Below, in pieces: positions 24,768 to 32,000 of a stretch of DNA of 32,000 nucleotides. Position numbers and translations under genes: made by a program. Numbering within the stretch: the stretch's first letter is position 1; every line of letters begins with the position of its first letter. The stretch comes from Ignicoccus islandicus DSM 13165 (GTDB taxonomy: Archaea > Thermoproteota > Thermoprotei_A > Sulfolobales > Ignicoccaceae). Below the pieces are notes generated by a model, which was not told the origin of the DNA, made no database searches, and saw nothing but the letters and a program-made list of their open reading frames with translations. The DNA is taken from assembly GCF_001481685.1 (NCBI RefSeq), contig NZ_CP006867.1, positions 300,001 through 332,000 on the forward strand, written 5' to 3'.

Positions 24768-27206
24768 TTACTCTATGTCGAATACCTTCTTACCGTACCT
24801 ACTTACGAAGTACTCCACGTTCTCATTGGATACACCAGTTCCGCCTTCCTTTTCTATGTTCCAATACGTTCTCAAGCACCTTCTCCCGAATTCCTTCAAG
24901 ACGGCCACTTGCTTCCTAAACTTTATTTTCGTCTCCTCTTCCACTTCCTCCCAATCTCTTCCTTGAAGAACCTTAGTTATTAAAGTGATCTTAGTGTCCT
25001 CGTCTATTTCCGGCCTCCATTTGCGCGGTTGCGACCAGTACGTTATTGCTAGGCGGTATATCAGGTCGCTAGCGGCTTCGAAAGTCATTGGGCCGTAGGA
25101 ATAGATCCACAACCTATCTACATCGACTGGATGAAGCTTCGGTTTCCTCAGACTCGGGTTAATTGGTATGGGGTCCGTCTCCAATATTAGTTTGGCTGCG
25201 TCCCATTCCAACGTCCTGTAATTTAAGTGAAGCGAAAGCAAGACCTTCCTTCTGAAAAGCCTGTTCGCTTCCAAGATCATCCATTTCAGCTTCGGCGTCA
25301 GAGGTTTGGCAACTAGTATTGTGAACTCACCGCTCGTTGGGTTCCTATCGGGGCTCATGTGAACCGGTAGGAAACCCGACCTAATCCAGAACTTCAAGAG
25401 CTTCTCTGTAACGCCGAAGCCAGAGGCTATCCAATCGTATCCCCTTTCCTTCGCCTCTTCGCTCGCCTTAGCCAAGGCGAACGTACCTATCCCCTTACCT
25501 TGGACTTCCGGATGGGTCGCGATCCTAACTACCCTCCAACCCCTCGTGAAGGCGAAGTCCCGAACCCTTAGGTGCTTGAGGAATCTATCTGGAATGATGT
25601 TGCCGGGAATCTTACCGCCTCTAAGTAAATCGTCTATCATGTCCTCGGGAATGGGGCCCTCCTCTGCGAGCTGGAGAGCCCCAACGACCTTTCCAGTATC
25701 GGTCGCGACAGCTCTAACGCTGTGGTGAGGGGCATCGGCTATCATTCCCAAGTCATCGGGTTCGTTCCTATAGTGAGCTAGAACGTATATTCCGAACAAG
25801 TTCCTGAGGAGGTCCTCCCCTTCCTTCGAAAACAACCACTTCGGATCCAACCTCAAGTACTTCAGTCTCCCCTCCTCGATCGCTTTAAGGTCCTCCTCGT
25901 CTAGCTTAGCTGGCTCTGCGTCTAGTAGCAATACGTCGTAGAGCCATCTCTCTACGGGATCTCCGGGAGCGTACCTTATGGGCTCATCCATCTTCACGTG
26001 CTTTATTTCGGTACCTTTATCGTTAAGTAGAGTTGGTAAGAACCTTACGTTGAACCCTCTACCAGCCCCTTCGTAGCCGTGAATTGTAGTCGCGTAAACG
26101 CTTCTCTTGTGATTCCTCCAAATCTTGTGAAGGACTGGAACCGGAACGCCAGCTGCCTCGTCTACTACGACTAGGTCAGCGTTCTTCTCCGCAGCCTTCA
26201 ATGGAGGCCAGTACTCTACGCTCCAACTCTCGCCGTGAACCTCGTATATCGTCCCGTCCCTTTCTATCTTCTTTGCCTTCATACCAATGGTTTCAGCTGC
26301 CTTCATTAGGAGCTTGAATAGCGTTTGAACGCCGAAGGGGTCGCCACTTGTTACTATTACCTTCACGAAACCGCTCTTCGATTTACTGAAGGCTTGAACG
26401 AAGCCTGCTAACGCTATCCCGAGGGCACCGCTCTTGCCTCTACCTCTATCAGCAGTGATTACGAGCACCCTGTGCTTCTTCTTCCTTCCCAACATCCACT
26501 CCATCGAATGTATCACTTCGACTTGGTCTTGGGTGAGAGCCAAAGCATACAACTTCTTAGGGAACCTTATTTCCTTGGGTATCTCTAATTCCTTCTTCTT
26601 ATACTTAGGACTTTCGAAGAGTTCTTGCTTTACCTTCTTGTCCTTATCTACGTGGTACACGTGAGATGGGTGCTCTAGTATCTTCCTCTTGAACCAAGTT
26701 ATGAAGACGTGCCTGGGTTGAGGATACTGCGGTACGCATAAGTTCTTTTTAAATATAGTCTCCCATTCGTCCCACTCTTCCCATGTCGGTACGAGAAGTA
26801 TTACTGGAGAGCCGCCCTCAACGACCTCGACTAGCCTTCCCACGTCATTGGGCTTTAAGTCCCTTGTAAGGTCAAGCACTATGCCTTGATAAGTGGTACC
26901 GAGGAGCTTGTTTGACTCCTCGTAGACCCTTATTTCGAGTTTGATTTTCTTTGCGTTCTCCTTTACGCTACCCTTCGCCACGTCCTTTATTTGACGAGCC
27001 TCGGGAAACTCATCGTGAAATACGTATAGGACCTTACCTTCACCAAGTCCCTTCTCTTCCCTCAATTTATCGTATAAGAGAAGAACTTTCGAAAGGGCCT
27101 CTCCTAACTTCTGGGGATCGTTACCCGAGAGAACTACGAGTCTCCTGTGCCTTCCTTCTATTGCGTTCTCCAAGTCTTCCTTCAATTTGTCCAGGAAAGC
27201 TTCCAT
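24768..27206 (-). CDS. tmcA: tRNA(Met) cytidine acetyltransferase TmcA
   Basis: 'VLVITADRGRGKSGALGIALAG', 'LVVVDEAAGVPVPVLHKI', 'TTIHGYEGAGRGFNVRF', GNAT 'RVVRIATHPEVQGKGIGTFAL', 'WIASGFGVTEKLLKFWIRSGF'. Confidence 0.95.
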   Translation of the reverse strand: MEAFLDKLKEDLENAIEGRHRRLVVLSGNDPQKLGEALSKVLLLYDKLREEKGLGEGKVLYVFHDEFPEARQIKDVAKGSVKENAKKIKLEIRVYEESNKLLGTTYQGIVLDLTRDLKPNDVGRLVEVVEGGSPVILLVPTWEEWDEWETIFKKNLCVPQYPQPRHVFITWFKRKILEHPSHVYHVDKDKKVKQELFESPKYKKKELEIPKEIRFPKKLYALALTQDQVEVIHSMEWMLGRKKKHRVLVITADRGRGKSGALGIALAGFVQAFSKSKSGFVKVIVTSGDPFGVQTLFKLLMKAAETIGMKAKKIERDGTIYEVHGESWSVEYWPPLKAAEKNADLVVVDEAAGVPVPVLHKIWRNHKRSVYATTIHGYEGAGRGFNVRFLPTLLNDKGTEIKHVKMDEPIRYAPGDPVERWLYDVLLLDAEPAKLDEEDLKAIEEGRLKYLRLDPKWLFSKEGEDLLRNLFGIYVLAHYRNEPDDLGMIADAPHHSVRAVATDTGKVVGALQLAEEGPIPEDMIDDLLRGGKIPGNIIPDRFLKHLRVRDFAFTRGWRVVRIATHPEVQGKGIGTFALAKASEEAKERGYDWIASGFGVTEKLLKFWIRSGFLPVHMSPDRNPTSGEFTILVAKPLTPKLKWMILEANRLFRRKVLLSLHLNYRTLEWDAAKLILETDPIPINPSLRKPKLHPVDVDRLWIYSYGPMTFEAASDLIYRLAITYWSQPRKWRPEIDEDTKITLITKVLQGRDWEEVEEETKIKFRKQVAVLKEFGRRCLRTYWNIEKEGGTGVSNENVEYFVSRYGKKVFDIE

Positions 27207-27720
27207 TATTTCTCCCTACTCCCCGTTTGCGGAGGAAGTTTTGAAAGAGAGGCGCTAGTAATGGGAGAACGGGTAAGTTGGAAGCAGTTACTAGGTAGGT
27301 AGAGCCCTCGGAAACGCACTGAGTAGTGGCAACTTGGATGGGAGCCAGTTCCATTAGCCCGCAAGGACAAGCGACAGTTACCGGAACCCGCCGGCATTCG
27401 CTGGAGCCTTCAATTAGGTACCCTTTCATGGTTACTCCGTTCTTTACGAAAGCGACTTCCCTTACAGTTAGCGTTTCCAAACACCCATTGGGGTCCACGG
27501 AGACCGTGGTCGTTGGCGCGAGAGTTGCGTTAATGGCTACTATTTTCACCTCGTACGCCATTGAAGGATGGATTCCAAGAACGAGGACAACGAGCCAGCA
27601 AGTAAGGCAACCACTGTGAAGTAGACGAAGGACATTGGATCTAAAGTAACCAAGAAGGAAGTTACAGCTAACGCCATACCTACAGAGAAAGCACATATCC
27701 CTCCCTTCGAAGTCGATCAC
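27121..27720 (-). CDS. Hypothetical secreted/membrane-anchored protein, Cys-containing (extent uncertain)
   Basis: Hydrophobic N-terminal segment 'CLTCWLVVLVLGIHPSMAYE' resembles a signal sequence. The C-terminal ~28 codons overlap tmcA out of frame. Confidence 0.35.
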   Translation of the reverse strand: MIDFEGRDMCFLCRYGVSCNFLLGYFRSNVLRLLHSGCLTCWLVVLVLGIHPSMAYEVKIVAINATLAPTTTVSVDPNGCLETLTVREVAFVKNGVTMKGYLIEGSSECRRVPVTVACPCGLMELAPIQVATTQCVSEGSTYLVTASNLPVLPLLAPLFQNFLRKRGVGRNNGSFPGQIEGRLGERNRRKAQETRSSLG

Positions 27721-27742
27721 CCATTTGCGATGCGCTCGGCGT

Positions 27743-28243
27743 TTAACGATCTCTCGGACCGCCGAAACTAATCGATCTCCTCCGTAAGGGGGAGCCGCAC
27801 GCCGGGCATTCCCTTAGATGCCTCTCGAAAGTCCTACCGCAATTAGGGCAGTACCACACCCACTTCCTCCTTTCGCTTATACCCTTGGTCCTAACGGTCT
27901 TCCAAGGTATTCCGAGCTCCGAGGCTACGTTTAAGACGCCGTAATCGTCGCTCAGAAGCGTTGCTCTTAATTGGAGGGCGAGGGCTAAGACGGCCACGTC
28001 CGCATCTGAGAGGTTTTCTCCCAACTCTTCGGACTTCTCCTTTACTATTCTTAGAAACTTCGCCTCGGGTTCAACGACCTTTAACTTTTCAATATAGATA
28101 GAGAGGAAGTTCTTGCTCTCCTTATCCCTAACCTCCTTCAAGTTCAATGGAGTTGTATAGTTCTCACCGATAAGCAGAGATGGCGTTCCCGCTAAGAGGG
28201 ATCCAGTATCGTGTACGAACTTATTTCCCTTAGGTTTAAGCAA
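27743..28243 (-). CDS. nob1: Nob1-like endonuclease (PIN domain + zinc ribbon)
   Basis: N-terminal PIN 'VHDTGSLLAG', 'LSDADVAVLALALQLRATLLSDDYGVLNVA', zinc ribbon 'YCPNCGRTFERHLRECPACGSPL'. Confidence 0.88.
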   Translation of the reverse strand: MLKPKGNKFVHDTGSLLAGTPSLLIGENYTTPLNLKEVRDKESKNFLSIYIEKLKVVEPEAKFLRIVKEKSEELGENLSDADVAVLALALQLRATLLSDDYGVLNVASELGIPWKTVRTKGISERRKWVWYCPNCGRTFERHLRECPACGSPLRRRSISFGGPRDR

Positions 28244-28272
28244 TTTAGCCCTGAAGGGAACTTCTGAGGGGG

Positions 28273-28980
28273 ATGAATAAGTTGAAGTTCAAGCTAACGT
28301 ACCTAGGCCACTCCGCCTTTCACGTAGAGTATAACGGTAAGGGAATAGTTATTGATCCATGGATTGAGAACCCCCTCTCGCCCATGTCCTTAGACCAGTT
28401 CTTAGATAAGTTCCCAGTGGACCTAGTAGTTATAACTCACGCGCACGAGGACCACATTGGTAACGCCGAGGAAATTATGAGGAGGACCGGTGCTAAGTTC
28501 TTCGCAATCCACGAGATATTTGTGGATCTAACTAAGAAGGGCTTTGAAGGGGTAGGAGCTAATATCGGCGGACCAGCGAACTTGAGTTCAATAGTACCGG
28601 GACTATCCATTGCAATGACGCCGGCAACGCACTCGAGCTACGATAAAGGCGTTCCAACGGGAGTCATCTTGTTCTTCGATGGCGAAGCGGGACTCTACCA
28701 CGCAGGCGACACGGGCCTGTTCGCGGAGATGCAGTTCATAGGAGAACTATACGCGCCCAAGGTGGCGCTCTTACCCATTGGAGGCCACTATACGATGGAC
28801 ATAACTCAAGCCGTCTACGCAACTAAGATGCTCAAGCCTAAGGTCGTAGTGCCCATGCACTACGACACGTTCCCGCCAATAAAGGCCGATCCGAACGAGT
28901 TCAAGAAGAGGGTCGAAAGCGAAGGTTTGGCTCAAGTAAGGGTAATGAGACCGGGAGAAACAGAGGTATTCGAGTTTTGA
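28273..28980 (+). CDS. UPF0173-type metal-dependent hydrolase (metallo-beta-lactamase fold)
   Basis: 'YLGHSAFHVEYNGKGIVIDPW', 'VVITHAHEDHIGNAEE', 'LYHAGDTGLF', 'LLPIGGHYTMDITQAVYATKMLKPKVVVPMHYDTFP'. Confidence 0.93.
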   Translation: MNKLKFKLTYLGHSAFHVEYNGKGIVIDPWIENPLSPMSLDQFLDKFPVDLVVITHAHEDHIGNAEEIMRRTGAKFFAIHEIFVDLTKKGFEGVGANIGGPANLSSIVPGLSIAMTPATHSSYDKGVPTGVILFFDGEAGLYHAGDTGLFAEMQFIGELYAPKVALLPIGGHYTMDITQAVYATKMLKPKVVVPMHYDTFPPIKADPNEFKKRVESEGLAQVRVMRPGETEVFEF

Positions 28981-29705
28981 TAGCGATTCTGGCGGGGGGT
29001 AAGGGGAAGAGGTACGGTAAAGATAAGCTCAACGAGCTGATAGATGGCAGAAGGGTAATAGAGAGGCTCCTCTCGGAGTTCCCTCAAGCAACGCTCATTA
29101 CTACCTCGGAAGAAAGGTGCAAGCTGTACTCCGCGATCCGTTGCGTCATAGATAACGGAGAGGGTCCGGCCGAAGCAATGAGGTCCTTGAGCGGAACGGT
29201 AACGTTCATACCCGGAGACATGCCCTTTGTTACGAAGGAAATGGTGGAGAAATTAGTTTCCTATAAGAACGTCTTCAAAGCGGACGTGGCCGTCCCAATA
29301 CACGCGGACGGGTTCATGGAATCGCTCTTCATTTCAGTTAACTTGGATGCTTTAGACTTAGAGAAGGTGAAAAGGAAGTTGGGTAGGCCACTGAGGGCTA
29401 CGGACTTTATCAGATTCGCTAATAGGCGCATCTTCGTTGGCTCGAAGCTCATCTCGCGCTTTCCAGTAAACTTTGCGCACCTTAATACGCCCCTCGATTT
29501 AAGGATTAGGTATTCCAAGTCTCCTTTAGGAGAGGAACTCCTCGTTCTAAACTCTCCATTTGAGCCGTGTGAAAGCATAGAGGAAGAACTGAAGACCTAT
29601 AGGAAATTGGGTTTGGTTCAATTAGAGACCCATGCAAGGAGAGATTTAGAGGTATGCAACCAAATATATACTTCTAGTACTACCCAAGCTAGGCGTCTGG
29701 ATTGA
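28977..29705 (+). CDS. MobA/CobY-like nucleotidyltransferase
   Basis: 'MIAILAGGKGKRYGKDKL' nucleotide-binding loop, 'TFIPGDMPFVTKEMV'. Overlaps the upstream gene by 4 nt. Confidence 0.75.
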   Translation: MIAILAGGKGKRYGKDKLNELIDGRRVIERLLSEFPQATLITTSEERCKLYSAIRCVIDNGEGPAEAMRSLSGTVTFIPGDMPFVTKEMVEKLVSYKNVFKADVAVPIHADGFMESLFISVNLDALDLEKVKRKLGRPLRATDFIRFANRRIFVGSKLISRFPVNFAHLNTPLDLRIRYSKSPLGEELLVLNSPFEPCESIEEELKTYRKLGLVQLETHARRDLEVCNQIYTSSTTQARRLD

Positions 29706-31360
29706 GAAGGAGCGAGATATTTCTGAGGCCTGAATACGCGCCCCACAGGGCTCTCTGGAAGGCGTCCGGTTTAATAGAAGAAGAACTCAAGAGGCCTCTT
29801 ATTGGAATTGCAAACGCGTGGAACGAAATAGTTCCCGGTCACGTTCACTTGGACAAAGTAGCGGAAGCCGTCAAGGCCGGTGTAAGAATGGCCGGTGGTA
29901 CCCCCTTAGAGTTCGGTACCATAGCGGTCTGCGATGGAATAGCGATGGGTCACGAAGGAATGCGTTACTCGCTTCCTTCGAGGGAAGTGATAGCAGATAC
30001 CGTCGAAATAATGGTTGAAGCTCATAGGTTGGATGCAGTCGTAATGGTGACCAACTGCGACAAGATAACGCCGGGGTTCTTGCTGGCAGCTGCTAGGCTC
30101 GAGGTACCAGTTATACTCATAAACGGAGGACCAATGATGCCCGGAAGTTACGATCACCAAAGGATAGACTTCAAGGACTTAATGGAAAGAATGAACGTCT
30201 TGATAAAGGAAGGGAGAACAGAAGAGCTGAAGAAGTTAGAGGAGAGTGCGCTACCGGGTCCGGGGAGCTGCGCGGGCCTCTTCACTGCCAATACAATGAA
30301 CATGCTAAGTGAGGCCATGGGTATGATGCTACCTGGGGCCTCCACAGTTCCAGCTACTGAAGCTAGGAGAATATGGTACGCCAAATGGACGGGCATGAGA
30401 ATAGTGAAAATGATCGAAGAGGGTCTTACACCCGATAAGATACTCACTAGAAAGGCCCTAGAGAACGCTATAGCAGTTGATATGGCCCTGGGCGGTTCCA
30501 CGAACTCCGTACTTCACTTGGAAGCACTAGCCTACGAACTGGGAATAGACTTACCTTTAGAGGTGTTTGACGAGATCAGTAGGAAGGTACCCCATATAGC
30601 TTCCATATCGCCAGCAGGGAAGCACTTCGTTGTAGACTTGGATAGAGCCGGTGGAATTCCAGCGATATTAAAGGAACTCGGACTAAAGGGCTTGATACAC
30701 AAGGACGCGTTAACTGTTACAGGCAAGACCGTTTGGGAGAACGTAAGGAACGCCCAAGTGTTAGATAGGGAAGTCATAAGACCCTTGGACGACCCGTACC
30801 ATCCGTTCGGAGGCTTAGCCATTCTAAAGGGTTCCTTAGCTCCGAGGGGCGCCGTAGTGAAGGCCTCCGCAGTCGACAGGAAGCTGTGGAAGTTCAAGGG
30901 AGTAGCTAGAGTATTTGATGGCGAAGAGAAGGCGGTAGAGGCCATAAGATCTGGTAGGATCGAACCGGGAAGCGTGATCGTAATTCGCTACGAGGGACCC
31001 AAGGGAGGTCCCGGCATGAGGGAAATGTTGACTGCCACTGCAGCAGTAATGGCGCTCGGTCTCGGAGAAAGCGTTGCGCTCGTTACGGACGGTAGGTTCT
31101 CTGGGGCCACGAGAGGTCCGGCAATAGGTCACGTATCGCCGGAGGCGGCCGAAGGAGGTCCGATAGCTCTAGTTAGGGACGGCGACGAAATCGTGATAGA
31201 TATAGAGAACAGGAAACTCGACTTACTGGTCGACGAGAAGGAACTGGAGGAAAGGAGGAAGGAGTGGAAGCCTCTCAAGAAGCCACTAAGGAGGGGAGTG
31301 TTGAGGAGGTACGCGAAAATGGCGTTAAGCGCTGATAAAGGAGGAGCTTTGGAATATTGA
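29702..31360 (+). CDS. ilvD: Dihydroxy-acid dehydratase
   Basis: 'LIGIANAWNEIVPGHVHLD', 'VCDGIAMGHEGMRYSLPSREVIAD', 'VTNCDKITPGFLLAAARL', 'PGPGSCAGLFTANTMN', 'GGSTNSVLHLEALA', 'LVTDGRFSGATRGPAIGHVSPEA'. Confidence 0.97.
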   Translation: MRRSEIFLRPEYAPHRALWKASGLIEEELKRPLIGIANAWNEIVPGHVHLDKVAEAVKAGVRMAGGTPLEFGTIAVCDGIAMGHEGMRYSLPSREVIADTVEIMVEAHRLDAVVMVTNCDKITPGFLLAAARLEVPVILINGGPMMPGSYDHQRIDFKDLMERMNVLIKEGRTEELKKLEESALPGPGSCAGLFTANTMNMLSEAMGMMLPGASTVPATEARRIWYAKWTGMRIVKMIEEGLTPDKILTRKALENAIAVDMALGGSTNSVLHLEALAYELGIDLPLEVFDEISRKVPHIASISPAGKHFVVDLDRAGGIPAILKELGLKGLIHKDALTVTGKTVWENVRNAQVLDREVIRPLDDPYHPFGGLAILKGSLAPRGAVVKASAVDRKLWKFKGVARVFDGEEKAVEAIRSGRIEPGSVIVIRYEGPKGGPGMREMLTATAAVMALGLGESVALVTDGRFSGATRGPAIGHVSPEAAEGGPIALVRDGDEIVIDIENRKLDLLVDEKELEERRKEWKPLKKPLRRGVLRRYAKMALSADKGGALEY

Positions 31361-31370
31361 AAAATTAACT

Positions 31371-31691
31371 TTAACCGAAGAGGGCTCCCAAGCCGGCTGA
31401 GAGCTCCTCCTCGCTCACTTCCTCCTTCTTCTCTTCCTCTTCCTCCTTCTCTTCCTTCTTCTCCTCAGCAGCCGGAGCAGCTGCCGGGGCGGCTACTGGA
31501 GCTGCAGCCACTGGCAAGGCCGCGCTCTTCAATACCTCGTCAATGTTCACTTCCTTCAAGGCGGCTACCAATGCCTTTACCCTGGTCTCGTCCACTTGAA
31601 CTCCTGCCGCCTCTAGGACCTTCTTTATTGCCTCCTCGGTTATCTCCTTACCGGCGCTATGGAGCAAGAGGGAAGCGTATATGTACTCCAT
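31371..31691 (-). CDS. rpl12: Large ribosomal subunit protein L12P/P1
   Basis: '[43 protein letters not shown]', Ala/Glu/Lys hinge and 'GLGALFG' C-terminus. Confidence 0.97.
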   Translation of the reverse strand: MEYIYASLLLHSAGKEITEEAIKKVLEAAGVQVDETRVKALVAALKEVNIDEVLKSAALPVAAAPVAAPAAAPAAEEKKEEKEEEEEKKEEVSEEELSAGLGALFG

Positions 31692-31858
31692 CGTTCCACC
31701 GACTGATAAAGGCAGATAGATGGATTAAAATGGGTTCCGCTTTATGCGTTGAGGCGTCAGATGGTTTGCTAACGCTCATCGTCTCGCTCTGGGACGGCCT
31801 CTTCATCCGCCAACTAGCGTTTGACCTCGGTATTATACTCTAGGCGTTTATTGAGTAA

Positions 31859-32000
31859 TTGGAAGCGGGAAAGTTGAAGCAATACGTAGTTAACGATCTC
31901 TCTAAATTAAGTAAAATATATATTGGTGAAGAATTGGATCCATTGGAACTGATAGATTTAGTGCCGGAAAGTTTAGAGAGGGCTAGGAACCTACTCGAGA
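31859..32000 (+). CDS. Partial ORF running off the right window edge
   Basis: TTG start after an in-frame TAA: (M)EAGKLKQYVVNDLSKLSKIYIGEELDPLELIDLVPESLERARNLLE… with no stop before 32000. Confidence 0.4.
   Translation, partial: MEAGKLKQYVVNDLSKLSKIYIGEELDPLELIDLVPESLERARNLLE

Noticed and set aside
31571-31843. 90-aa plus-strand ORF antisense to rpl12
   Set aside because: Its first half is antisense to the low-complexity rpl12 hinge. Only the last ~37 codons (from 31730) are outside; evidence is insufficient to call a gene.

Overview
32 kb of a compact archaeal chromosome. Gene content (catalytic-only ThrRS, Taw3, Nob1, TmcA, HerA-like ATPase, L12P with an alanine-rich/acidic tail, CCA-encoding tRNA-Gly, TATA-like boxes) points to a hyperthermophilic crenarchaeote, possibly Ignicoccus-like (inference only). 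Housekeeping genes fill most of 4.6-18 kb and 19-32 kb. The accessory material is: (1) at the left edge, the C-terminal part of a Cmr3-like (type III-B RAMP) protein, immediately followed by a ~1.74 kb segment (717-2459) bounded by 33-bp inverted repeats (31/33 matches). That segment contains a DUF3800-like gene and ~700 bp of structured-looking non-coding DNA. (2) A compact CRISPR array at 24148-24508, with 6 repeats of 26 nt and 5 spacers of 38-43 nt. Its repeat variants change in ordered pairs and no cas genes are adjacent. (3) Decayed or frameshifted genes: a DUF2283-like remnant at 4346-4533 and a split beta-propeller-like gene at 2915-3725. (4) Long non-coding intervals (2.46-2.91 kb, 18.5-19.28 kb, 23.54-24.15 kb), some with paired helices. 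All family assignments come from motif recognition in the translations; no database search was run.
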